A stretch of DNA of 32,000 nt from Aeropyrum pernix K1 (GCF_000011125.1 NC_000854.2:840001-872000); one strand, 5' to 3'; shown: positions 9,459-18,502, counted from the first letter of the stretch. The notes: generated by a model from the letters alone, not told the origin. Made by a program: numbers and translations.

Positions 9459-12400
9459 ATGAATGGGTTGGTGTTTGTGGCTAGCGCCAGGGCAGCGTCG
9501 AGAGGCGTATACAGGTACCTGTGCCCCAACTGCGGAGGGCCTAACAGCGAGGAGAGGCTATCCCGGGGCCTCCCCTGTCCAAGGTGCCTCCCCCGCCTCC
9601 CCAGGAAGGGCGTGTCGGGCTGGACCGGCCTGGCGAGGCTCCTCAGGCGTGAGGGCACGTTAGGAGCTGGCGTGAAGGCTATGGCCTCTCTGGAGGAGGA
9701 GGCCCGGAGTCTCTGGCGGTTCTTCGAGAAGGCCGTGGGCTCACCCCCTTGGGGGGCTCAGAGGACCTGGGCCAAGAGGCTGGCGCGGGGCGATAGCTTC
9801 AGTATAATAGCCCCCACGGGCGTCGGCAAGACTACTTTCGGAGCGGCGGCGAGCCTCTTCTACGCATGTAAAAAGGGGATGCGGAGCTACATCGTCCTCC
9901 CCACCACCACGCTGGCGGCGAACGTGGCGAGGAAGCTGGAGTCCATGGTTGAGTCCACAGGCTGCGGCAGGGTGAGGCTGCTGGTGATACATAGCAAGCT
10001 GAAGACGAGCGAGAGGAGGGAGGCGATGGAGAGGTTTGAGAAGGGAGACTTCGATATACTTGTTACCACAGCCGCGTTCGCCAGGAAGTATGCCGACAGG
10101 CTCTCCGGCTATAGGTTTAGGCTGGTGTTTGTGGATGACGTCGACGCCGTTCTCAGGAGCGCTAGAAGCGTGGACGCCATACTCAAGATAGTTGGCTTCG
10201 ACGAGGAGGCGATCGAGAAGGGCCTGGAGGTCCTCAGGCTCCAGAGAGAGCAGGCCAGGCTAGTCGGCCTCCTCCAGAGCCAGAGGGAGGAGGTTAGGGA
10301 GGAGGCCAGGAAGAAGCTGCTCGAGGTTAAGAGGAGGCTTGAGAGGCTCGAGGCGGAGATAGAGGCCAGGAGGGGTAGGACTGCGAGCCTTATAGTGAGC
10401 AGCGCCACCGGGAGGCCCCGGGGCGCGAGGGTCAGGCTCTTCAGGGTCCTCCTCAACTTCGAGGCCGGCGGCAGAGGGGATATAGGGCTTAGGAGGGTCA
10501 TCGACAGCTACACACACCCAACCGACGGCGTGGCGGAGAAGGTTGTTGAGCTCGTTAGGAGGCTAGGGACGGGGGGGCTCGTCTACGTCCCCATCGACAT
10601 GGGGGTTGAGTATGCCGAAAGGCTTGCGGAGGAGCTGCGTAGAGCCGGGGTCAAGGCGGAGGCCTACCACGCGAAGAAGCCTTTGGAGCTGCTTGACAGG
10701 TTCGCCGAGGGTGAGATCGACGTCCTTGTGGGGGTTGCCAACTACTATGGAACGCTGGTGAGGGGTCTAGACCTCCCCGCGAGAGTCAGGTACGCTGTCT
10801 TCGCGGGCGTCCCAAGGCACAAGTTCGGGAGCGACATAGGCGATCCCCACCCCTCCAGGCTCCTGAGGCTCCTCTCCATACTGGCCGAGTCTAGGATTGA
10901 GGAGGTGGCTAGCGCCGCCCGGAGCCATATGGGCAGGCTCAGGAGGATGCTCAGGGTTCTCAGCCCCGCCGCCCTGCAGATGATAGCCGAGAGGGTGGCT
11001 CGGGGGGAGGTTGAGGGCGGCTACGACAGGCAGGTCCTTGAGGCCTACCAGTTCCTCAGAGAGGCGCTGGCGAGGGATGATGTCTGGGAGAGCCTTCGGG
11101 AGCTGGACGTGGGGATAGTGAGGGAGGGGGGTAGGACCTACATCCTGGTGCCCGACCCGGCAACCTACCTACAGGCGAGCGGGAGGACGAGCAGGCTCTA
11201 CGCTGGCGGGATTACACTGGGCCTTAGCGTTGTGGTCGTGGATAACGAGCCCGTCATGAGGGGGCTCATGAAGAGGGTCTCATGGATGGCTGAGGTGGAT
11301 TGGAGGAGATTCGAGGACCTCGACCTACAGTCTATACTCAGGGAGATTGACGAGGACAGGGAGAAGGTTAGGAGGGTTGTAAAGGGCCTCTACAGGGGGG
11401 TGGAGCTGGTCAGGACTGCCCTCCTCGTAGTAGAATCGCCGAACAAGGCTAGGACCATAGCCAGGTTCTTCGGCCAGCCCAGCGTGAGGCTCCTCCCCGG
11501 GGGAGGCAGGGTCTATGAGGTGGCTACCGGCGACAAGATACTCATGATTATGGCGAGCGGCGGGCACGTATTCGACCTCGTAGTCAGGGTCGACGGAAGG
11601 GACCTGGAGGCGGCGGGAGGCGAGCCCGAGCACGCGATATTCGGCGTGCTGAGGTATAGGCTGGGTGGCAACGGGGCAGCCGCCTACACTCCCGTCTACA
11701 CCAGCATAAAAAGGTGTCTCGACTGCGGCTACCAGTTCGTGGACGAGGCCTCGAGGTGCCCGCGCTGTGGCAGCGAGCTTATTAGGAACAGCCTTAGCAC
11801 CGTAGAGGACCTCCGCCGTGTCGCCTGGGAGGCGGATGAGGTCTACGTAGGCACGGACCCCGACACGGAGGGAGAGAAGATAGGGTGGGACGTCGCCCTA
11901 GCCCTCAGACCATACGCCCCGGACATTAAGAGGCTGGAGTTCCATGAGGTCACCAAGAAGGCCATACTGGAGGCCCTCTCCAACCCCAGAAGCTTCGACG
12001 ACAACCTGGTGGACGCCCAGGTGGTTAGGAGGGTTGAGGACAGGTGGATAGGCTTCACCCTAAGCCCCCTGCTTTGGTGCGACTTCTGGCCTAGATACTG
12101 CAAGCGCGTCCTAGAGGAGTACGGCGAGAAGAGGCCCCACATGGACAGGGAGAGGTGTGCCAAGTACAAAGCCTACTACAACCTTAGCGCGGGGAGGGTG
12201 CAGACGCCCACGCTGGGATGGGTTGTGGATAGGACCCTGGCTTACAGGAAGAAGGTTTGGCTCTACAGGGTTGTCCACGACTCCCAGCTACTCTTCGCCG
12301 TGAGAAGCGACGACCCTGAAGTGCCCGAAAGCGTCAAGAGGGTGTTGGACAACTGGGTGAAGCACCATAAGAAGACGGGGATAGAGCCTTGGCTCGACGT

Positions 12401-13589
12401 GAAGGCTGTCGTCGAGAAGGAGGAGTGGACGGCCCTTCCGCCTCCTCCGCCATACACCACGGACACGATGCTCAGGGACGCCAACAGGCTTCTAGGCCTC
12501 GGATCGGCGGAGGCGATGAGGATAGCCCAGGACCTCTTCGAGTGGGGTCTCATAACATACCACAGGACGGACTCTACCAGGGTAAGCGATAGGGGTATGC
12601 AGGTTGCCAGGGAGTGGCTCGAGACTAGGTTCGGGGGCCTCGCGGGCCAGCTCTACAGGCCGCGGCGGTGGGGTGAGGGGGGCGCCCACGAGGCTATAAG
12701 GCCTGTGAGGCCTATTGACGTGGAGAGGCTCCAGCTACTCGTGGAGGAGGGGGTCATAGAGCTTCCCGGAACCCTCACCAGGAGGCACCTAAGGCTTTAC
12801 GACCTGATTTTCCGGAGGTTCATGGCCAGCCAGATGAGAGAGGCTGATGCCCTGAGAGTGGTCTACAGGCTCCGCGTGCCGGAGCTAGACGGCTACACCC
12901 TCACCCTAGAGAGGGTGGTTGAGATAGGCAGGCCCGGAGACGCCGAGGGCGTGACGCGGGGGTTTACCCTGGTGTGGCCCTATGTCAGGCCCCAGCCTAG
13001 GCTGGTGGAGGGTAGGGAGGCGTGGATAAGGGCTAGGGTGGAGGGTAGGCAGGTTCCGAAGGCGTATCCGTACACTGAGGGTGAGATTGTTGAGGAGATG
13101 AAGACGAGGGGTATAGGGAGGCCTAGCACTTATGCTAAGATAGTGGAGACCCTGTTCAGGAGGAGGTACGTTATAGAGGTTTCAAGGGAGGAGGGCAGGG
13201 GCGCTGGCTTCGTAGTCGCCACGAGCAGGGGTATAAACGTCTACAACTACCTCACTGAGGAGCTCCGCTCCGCCGACGAGGAGGAGTATGGGGGGAGGAT
13301 AGCGGGTATACTGAGGAGAGTCCCCTCCCTGGTCTCCGAGGATAGGACTAGAGAGCTTGAGAGGCAGATGGACATGGTCGAGAAGGGCGACGCGTCTAGG
13401 GATGATGTCCTGGAGAGCGTCTTCAACGAAATATCGGACCTCGCACTCCTTTTAAACATCGAACACCCCATTAAGCATAGGAGCCGGGCGGAGGGTAATA
13501 CTCAGGGTAATACCTGGGTCTCGAACTTCGTAGCCTGCGCCGTTAAGTCGCCCGAGGTCTCTAGAGTATGGGGTGCCGGGGTGGGTTAA
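9459..13589 (+). CDS. rgy: reverse gyrase (SF2 helicase-like domain fused to type IA topoisomerase)
   Basis: N-terminal zinc ribbon CPNCGG...CPRC. Helicase motifs IIAPTGVGKTT, VFVDDVDA, VSSATG and QASGRTSR. Toprim motifs LLVVESPNKA and GTDPDTEGEKIGWD. Inserted zinc ribbon CLDCG..CPRCG. Active-site tyrosine context ITYHRTDSTRVS. Confidence 0.97.
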   Translation: MNGLVFVASARAASRGVYRYLCPNCGGPNSEERLSRGLPCPRCLPRLPRKGVSGWTGLARLLRREGTLGAGVKAMASLEEEARSLWRFFEKAVGSPPWGAQRTWAKRLARGDSFSIIAPTGVGKTTFGAAASLFYACKKGMRSYIVLPTTTLAANVARKLESMVESTGCGRVRLLVIHSKLKTSERREAMERFEKGDFDILVTTAAFARKYADRLSGYRFRLVFVDDVDAVLRSARSVDAILKIVGFDEEAIEKGLEVLRLQREQARLVGLLQSQREEVREEARKKLLEVKRRLERLEAEIEARRGRTASLIVSSATGRPRGARVRLFRVLLNFEAGGRGDIGLRRVIDSYTHPTDGVAEKVVELVRRLGTGGLVYVPIDMGVEYAERLAEELRRAGVKAEAYHAKKPLELLDRFAEGEIDVLVGVANYYGTLVRGLDLPARVRYAVFAGVPRHKFGSDIGDPHPSRLLRLLSILAESRIEEVASAARSHMGRLRRMLRVLSPAALQMIAERVARGEVEGGYDRQVLEAYQFLREALARDDVWESLRELDVGIVREGGRTYILVPDPATYLQASGRTSRLYAGGITLGLSVVVVDNEPVMRGLMKRVSWMAEVDWRRFEDLDLQSILREIDEDREKVRRVVKGLYRGVELVRTALLVVESPNKARTIARFFGQPSVRLLPGGGRVYEVATGDKILMIMASGGHVFDLVVRVDGRDLEAAGGEPEHAIFGVLRYRLGGNGAAAYTPVYTSIKRCLDCGYQFVDEASRCPRCGSELIRNSLSTVEDLRRVAWEADEVYVGTDPDTEGEKIGWDVALALRPYAPDIKRLEFHEVTKKAILEALSNPRSFDDNLVDAQVVRRVEDRWIGFTLSPLLWCDFWPRYCKRVLEEYGEKRPHMDRERCAKYKAYYNLSAGRVQTPTLGWVVDRTLAYRKKVWLYRVVHDSQLLFAVRSDDPEVPESVKRVLDNWVKHHKKTGIEPWLDVKAVVEKEEWTALPPPPPYTTDTMLRDANRLLGLGSAEAMRIAQDLFEWGLITYHRTDSTRVSDRGMQVAREWLETRFGGLAGQLYRPRRWGEGGAHEAIRPVRPIDVERLQLLVEEGVIELPGTLTRRHLRLYDLIFRRFMASQMREADALRVVYRLRVPELDGYTLTLERVVEIGRPGDAEGVTRGFTLVWPYVRPQPRLVEGREAWIRARVEGRQVPKAYPYTEGEIVEEMKTRGIGRPSTYAKIVETLFRRRYVIEVSREEGRGAGFVVATSRGINVYNYLTEELRSADEEEYGGRIAGILRRVPSLVSEDRTRELERQMDMVEKGDASRDDVLESVFNEISDLALLLNIEHPIKHRSRAEGNTQGNTWVSNFVACAVKSPEVSRVWGAGVG

Positions 13590-13592
13590 GGC

Positions 13593-14513
13593 GTGAGAAT
13601 AGCGATCCTACACTCGAGGGTTAAGCTGGCGGCGAAGAGGAGCAACGCTAGGAGGCACTCAATACTTATCGACAAGGTTGTTTCAACCCGGACTGTAGAC
13701 CTGATAGTCCTCCCCGCATACCCTTTCACAGGCCCCCTCATAGGATACTACCCCCCCAGTAAGGCGAGGCTCAAGCTTAGGGAGCTGGCTGAGAAGATAT
13801 CGGAGAAGAACATACCTGCTGGCCCTAGCGTGAGCTTCATGTCAAGGTGGAGCCAGGAGTATGGCGTCTACATTCTAGGAGGCCCTATCATAGAGAGGGC
13901 AGGCCCAAGGATCTACGTGACCACCGTACTCACGTCACCCGACGGCTCTATAGCGGGCAAGTACAGGAAGGTTTCGCTGACGGAGGAGGAGAGGGACATG
14001 GGGATAAGCCCAGGCAAGGAGCCAGGCATATTCAAGCTCAAGGTGAACGGCTCAGACGTGAGTCTAGGGGTGTTCAGCGACGAGGACCTCGCAACCCCCG
14101 AGATATTTAGGCACCTCCAGCTGGGCGGGTCGAAGATTATCGTAGGGACGATATTCCCCTATAACAGCAGTTTCCTCGGAGGCATTATAGACGATGAGGG
14201 TCTAGTCACAATGGACCATACGGTCGTGAAGACGTTCCTGGAGGTGAGGAGCAGGGAGACGGGCGTCCCCATCATACTCGTAGGCAGCATCATCGACAGC
14301 GGTGTTGAGACGCTAGCGTACATGAGCACCATACCTGTGGAGCCTGACGAGGGTGTTATAGAGGACAAGATGTTCGGCCCCGACGACGAGTCGCCGATAT
14401 TCATAGACTTGAACGAGAAGGCCACCAACCCGAGGAAGCCTCCCGAGCACCTGAAGATACTTGTTAAGAGCCTATGCAGGAACAACTCTAGGCGGGGCGG
14501 CAACCACTTCTGA
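13593..14513 (+). CDS. carbon-nitrogen hydrolase (nitrilase superfamily)-fold protein with degenerate catalytic tetrad
   Basis: Nitrilase-fold blocks: DLIVLPAYPFTGP (canonical PE..GY), GVYILGG, GKYRKVSL (catalytic Lys) and LGVFSDEDLATPE (canonical IC.D..FPE). GTG start 3 nt after the rgy stop. Confidence 0.8.
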   Translation: MRIAILHSRVKLAAKRSNARRHSILIDKVVSTRTVDLIVLPAYPFTGPLIGYYPPSKARLKLRELAEKISEKNIPAGPSVSFMSRWSQEYGVYILGGPIIERAGPRIYVTTVLTSPDGSIAGKYRKVSLTEEERDMGISPGKEPGIFKLKVNGSDVSLGVFSDEDLATPEIFRHLQLGGSKIIVGTIFPYNSSFLGGIIDDEGLVTMDHTVVKTFLEVRSRETGVPIILVGSIIDSGVETLAYMSTIPVEPDEGVIEDKMFGPDDESPIFIDLNEKATNPRKPPEHLKILVKSLCRNNSRRGGNHF

Positions 14514-14633
14514 CACATCCTGATTCTAGACAACATTATTTTCCCGTACTACCACGGTGGGAGAGCCTATAGACTGGCGTATATCTACAGCATAAGATTC
14601 CCACTTCAGCCCAATGCCTATTAGGGCTCCTCC

Positions 14634-15518
14634 TTGGCGAGAAACAGCGCGGCGGTCGGGCTGCTGTTCCCAGCCCTAGCAGCTGTCTCATGGGGCACCA
14701 ACGCCGTCGCCGGGAGGTACCTCGTCGGCGGCGGGCATATCGATGGTGTGACCTTAACCCTGGTCAGGTTCGCCCTAGCAACACCCCTCATAGGGCTTTC
14801 AGCCTTCTACATAGCTAGAGAGAGACTGCTCAACACGGAGGGGAGACTGCTTTTCTGGTCATCGGTGTTAGGCCTCCTCGGGATAACCGGGTTTAACATA
14901 TTCTTCTAGAGCGCCCTAGGATACATGGACGCCAGCATTACAGCCCTGGTAACAGCCTTGGCCACACCACTTACCTACATAGCAGCTGTAGTGCTGGGGC
15001 TCGAGAAAGCCACTCTCCTCGCAACGGCGGGAGCCTTCATCTCGGTCGCCGGCACCTATCTCGTGTTATCCCCGCAGCCCGGGTCCACCGTGAGCATCAT
15101 AGGCTTCCTCCTAGCGTTCGGGGCGGCATTGTCCTGGGTGATCTACACTCTCATATTGAGGGTGAAACTGGCGGGCTACGACCAGAACGTTGTAATGTTC
15201 TGGACCTCCCTCTTCGGCACAGTATTCACTGTGCCCGCCTACATAGCCCTAGCTCCACGCGGCGGCCTCGAGGTGGGGCTCCTGGAGGCCGCTTTGATAC
15301 TCTACGTGGCCGCGGTCCCTGGGGCCTTGGGGTATACGCTCTGGAACCTCGGGGTCGAGAGGGTGGGCGCTTCGAAGAGCGCTGTGTTTATCCCCCTGGT
15401 CCCGCTGACCGCCGCGATACTGGGCTGGCTGCTGCTGGGCGAGACTCTCAGCATTAAACAGGCTATTGGTGCCACACTCATAATAGCTGGTATAGTGGCT
15501 GTTGTATGGAGACGGTAG
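14634..15518 (+). pseudogene. EamA/DMT-family transporter interrupted by one in-frame TAG (14907-14909)
   Basis: Track ORFs 14634..14909 and 14925..15518 are in the same frame. Read-through gives ...GITGFNIFF*SALGYMDASITALVTALATPL..., continuous with the EamA pattern (l.ff.AL.y..as.aall..l.P). The combined length of about 294 aa fits a two-repeat 10-TM DMT protein. Confidence 0.75.
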
Positions 15519-15532
15519 GGGTTTTGCGGCGG

Positions 15533-17515
15533 CTAGCCCCCTCCTATCCTCTTTATAATGTCCCTAAGCTTTTCGACGGCCTCAGGATTCTCCAGAACAC
15601 TCAGCTCCTTCGGCTCCACACCGCGGGCTAGATCCCTGAGCACCCTCCTAGTTATCTTGCCGCTCCTCGTCTTTGGGAGCTCGCTCACTATAACCACGTG
15701 CTCCGGGGCGAAGGGCTTGCCGAACCTATCCACCACGGCCTTCCTGGCCTTCGAGGCCAGCTCCTCCGCGTCATAACCGCCCTTGGGCACCAGGAAGCAG
15801 GCTATGACCTCGCCCTTTATCGGGTGGGGCACCCCTATGCATGCCGCCTCCGCCACTTCGGGTAGCTGTGTGAGCACGCTCTCAAGCTCGGCGCTGCCAA
15901 TCCTCTTCCCCGCCACTTTTATCACGTCGTCCGCCCTCCCCAGTATGTACCAGAACCCGTCCTCGTCGACTAGGGCGTAGTCGCCGTGGTACCATACACC
16001 CGGGAAGCGGGACCAGTACGTCTTTATATACCTCTCAGGGTCTTTCCACAGCCCCCTGGTCATGCTGGGGAAGGGCTTCTTAACAACCAAGTATCCCGGC
16101 TCGCCCCTCACAGGCCTACCCTCATCGTCGAAAACGTCAGCATCAACACCCAGAGCGGGCCCCCAGAGGGTCGTCGGCTTGAGGGGGACAACGGGGCTCG
16201 GGAGGAGTATGCAGCCGAACACCTCTGTCCCGCCGCTGAGATTTATCAGGGGCCTCCTCCAGCCTCCCAACTTCTCCATGACCCACATCCAGGTGGCATG
16301 GTCTATAGGCTCCCCCGTGTTTCCGAAGGCCCTAATGCTTGATAGGTCGTAATCCTCCACCGTGTCGCTCGCCACTGCCCTGAGCATCCTGGCCACTGTT
16401 GCCGCAAAGCCGAAGTGGGTTACCCTGTGCTCCTGTATTAGCCTCCAAACCCTCGACTTATAAGGATAGTCTATGGCCCCCTCCGCCATAAGGTGGCTGG
16501 CGCCCAGGAGCTGGGAGCCGAGGACCTGCCATGGCCCCATCATCCAGCCTATATCAGTTATCCACCATAGCCTGTCCTCCCCGCCCCTCCAGGCTGGGTG
16601 TATGTCGAGGTTGAAGTAGTGCTCCTTCCCGGGCTGGAGTATGGCGCCTGCATGGCTTATCACAGCGCCCTTGGGCCTCCCGGTTGTGCCGCTTGTGAAG
16701 AGGAGGAGGGCTGGATGCTCCGGGTCTAGCTCCTCGGGCTCCGCAGAGCCAGCCTTACCCGCTATGGCCCTGTCATACCACTCATCCCTGCCCTCAACCC
16801 ATGGGACGTCTATCCCGAGCCTCCTGACCACAATGACGTGCTCGACCGCCCCGCCCGCAAGCTTCACGGCCTGGTCGGCCTGCTCCTTTAGGGCTATCCT
16901 CCTCCCCCTCCTCAGATACCCGTCTACGGTAACGAGCACCCTCGCCTCCCCCAGCTTGAGCCTCTCAGCAACGGCTGGCGGGGCGAAGCCGGAGAATATC
17001 GGTGAAGCCACAGCCCCAACCTTCATGGCCGCAAGCATGGCCGCTATGCTCTCAGGCATCATGGGGGCGTAGATCGCAACCACATCGCCGACTCCCAGCC
17101 CATAGTCCTGGGAGAGGAGCTTGGCCATCCTGTCAACCTCGTCCTTCAGCTGTAGGTACGTGTACCTCCTAACCTCCCCATCCTCGCCTACCCAAGTGAA
17201 GGCCTCCCTATGCCCGTACCCCATCTTGACTATACGGTCTACGACGTTGTACGCCGCGTTGAGGAGGCCTCCCCGGTACCACTGGGCCCACTCCACACCT
17301 CTGCTCAGGTCCACCACGGCTTTAGGCTCTCTGAACCACTCTACCCCGAGCCATTCAGGCAGGTTACCCCAGAACCATTTGAGGTCCTCACTGCTCCTCC
17401 TGACAAGCTCCTCATAGCTCTTGAAACCGTGCTTATCCATGAAAAGCTTTACATTACTCTGGTCCACTATATCGCGGGGCGGATACCATATCTTCTTTTC
17501 CAAACCCTCCTGCAC
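15533..17515 (-). CDS. acs: AMP-forming acetyl-/acyl-CoA synthetase (ANL superfamily); substrate not determinable
   Basis: 660 aa. AMP-binding motif LLFTSGTTGRPKGAV, YHGDYA, ILGRADDVIKVAGKRIG and C-terminal LPKTRSGKITRR. The N-terminal region resembles Acs (FW...W). GTG start at 17515. Confidence 0.88.
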   Translation of the reverse strand: MQEGLEKKIWYPPRDIVDQSNVKLFMDKHGFKSYEELVRRSSEDLKWFWGNLPEWLGVEWFREPKAVVDLSRGVEWAQWYRGGLLNAAYNVVDRIVKMGYGHREAFTWVGEDGEVRRYTYLQLKDEVDRMAKLLSQDYGLGVGDVVAIYAPMMPESIAAMLAAMKVGAVASPIFSGFAPPAVAERLKLGEARVLVTVDGYLRRGRRIALKEQADQAVKLAGGAVEHVIVVRRLGIDVPWVEGRDEWYDRAIAGKAGSAEPEELDPEHPALLLFTSGTTGRPKGAVISHAGAILQPGKEHYFNLDIHPAWRGGEDRLWWITDIGWMMGPWQVLGSQLLGASHLMAEGAIDYPYKSRVWRLIQEHRVTHFGFAATVARMLRAVASDTVEDYDLSSIRAFGNTGEPIDHATWMWVMEKLGGWRRPLINLSGGTEVFGCILLPSPVVPLKPTTLWGPALGVDADVFDDEGRPVRGEPGYLVVKKPFPSMTRGLWKDPERYIKTYWSRFPGVWYHGDYALVDEDGFWYILGRADDVIKVAGKRIGSAELESVLTQLPEVAEAACIGVPHPIKGEVIACFLVPKGGYDAEELASKARKAVVDRFGKPFAPEHVVIVSELPKTRSGKITRRVLRDLARGVEPKELSVLENPEAVEKLRDIIKRIGGG

Positions 17516-17535
17516 CCCAACTTTAACTCTTTGCG

Positions 17536-17546
17536 TTTAAAGTATT
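17536..17546 (-). promoter_or_regulatory. TATA-like box for the acyl-CoA synthetase gene
   Basis: The minus strand reads AATACTTTAAA, centred about 26 nt upstream of GTG 17515. This is the classical archaeal TATA-to-TSS spacing for a leaderless transcript. Confidence 0.4.
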
Positions 17547-17645
17547 AGAAGAAAAACGCTTGAAGGATATAAAAGCCGGCTCGACCGCTCCCCACCCTAT
17601 AAGGTGAGAACTCCTTTGGGATAATGTTTATAAAAAGCTGGGCCC

Positions 17646-17656
17646 ATATATAAAAA
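17646..17656 (+). promoter_or_regulatory. TATA box candidate for the 94-aa ORF
   Basis: ATATATAAAAA lies about 40 nt upstream of GTG 17691. Two further TATAAAA copies sit at 17567-17575 and 17627-17636. Confidence 0.4.
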
Positions 17657-17690
17657 CCGTGGACCGGGCTCAAGCCAGGCTCTTCCTGGG

Positions 17691-17975
17691 GTGTCATCTG
17701 CATTGGCCGAGCGGTTCCTCCGCGATATCCTATCCCGTAGGGACCCTCATGGATACTACGTGATACCTCTCAAGCCGGAGGCGAGGGAGACCCTCTCTAG
17801 GATGCGCCTCCCCCGTGACGCCAAGATAGTTGATGGTGTGGATGTGATCCTAGTCAAGCTGAGGAGCAGGGGGGAGGCTATGAAGCTCCTCCGCATACTG
17901 AACAGAAAAGGCCTCATACACGTGGAGGGCGACGAGCCTGAGGAGCCCTTGGACACGCCGTTCGAGCCTTACTAG
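17691..17975 (+). CDS. hypothetical 94-aa protein with acidic C-terminal tail
   Basis: Codon usage (AGG, ATA, CTC) matches neighbouring genes. A TATA-like box lies about 40 nt upstream. The opposite-strand ORF 17756..17956 is S/R-rich and looks like a shadow. I recognise no family. Confidence 0.5.
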   Translation: MSSALAERFLRDILSRRDPHGYYVIPLKPEARETLSRMRLPRDAKIVDGVDVILVKLRSRGEAMKLLRILNRKGLIHVEGDEPEEPLDTPFEPY

Positions 17976-18004
17976 CTAACACTAGCGGTCTGGGCTCCGG
18001 CCTT

Positions 18005-18472
18005 CTAGCCCTTCCTTTTAACCTCAACCTTCACCCCCGTTATTACTGTGTCCGGATAGTTGCCCGTCTCGTCCTTCTCTAGGGACTTGACCATGTCCCA
18101 CACGGTTAGAAGGGCTGCAGTAACGCCTGCGAGGGCCTCCATCTCCACCCCCGTCTTAGCCGTCGTAGCCACTCTCACCCTAACCTCCACACCATCATCC
18201 CTCACTCTAACCTCGGGCTCCACCTTCTCTATAGGAATGGGGTGGGTTAGGGGTATCAGCCTTGGAGTCTCCTTGACAGCTAGCACGGCGGCGACTGAAG
18301 CTACTGATATTACATCCCCCTTCTCAACTCTGCCCTCCCTTATGGCCTTAACCGTCTCCCTCTTGAGCGATATAAAGCCGGAGGCGACGGCCTCCCTCCT
18401 AACAGGCTCCTTAGCGGTTATGTCAACCATGCCCGCGCCGCTCAAGACACAGCAACACCCCGCCTCCACCAT
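18005..18472 (-). CDS. moaC: cyclic pyranopterin monophosphate synthase MoaC
   Basis: MVDITAKEP...LIPLTHPIPI...KTGVEMEALAGVTAALLTVWDMVK matches MoaC hallmarks (MVDVS.K, IPLCHP, KTGVEMEAL). ATG 18472 lies 26 nt from a TATA-like box. An alternative ATG is at 18430. Confidence 0.9.
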   Translation of the reverse strand: MVEAGCCCVLSGAGMVDITAKEPVRREAVASGFISLKRETVKAIREGRVEKGDVISVASVAAVLAVKETPRLIPLTHPIPIEKVEPEVRVRDDGVEVRVRVATTAKTGVEMEALAGVTAALLTVWDMVKSLEKDETGNYPDTVITGVKVEVKRKG

Positions 18473-18494
18473 ACCACTACCGCACCGCCGAAAG

Positions 18495-18502
18495 GTATAT
18501 CG
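18495..18502 (-). promoter_or_regulatory. TATA-like box for moaC
   Basis: The plus strand reads GGTATATC, centred 26 nt upstream of ATG 18472 on the minus strand. Confidence 0.4.

Noticed and set aside
9459-13589. Intein or mobile insertion as the explanation for the long reverse gyrase
   Set aside because: No intein splice-junction blocks or homing-endonuclease motifs are seen. The helicase and topoisomerase motifs are colinear and uninterrupted apart from a charged coiled-coil segment and zinc ribbons.
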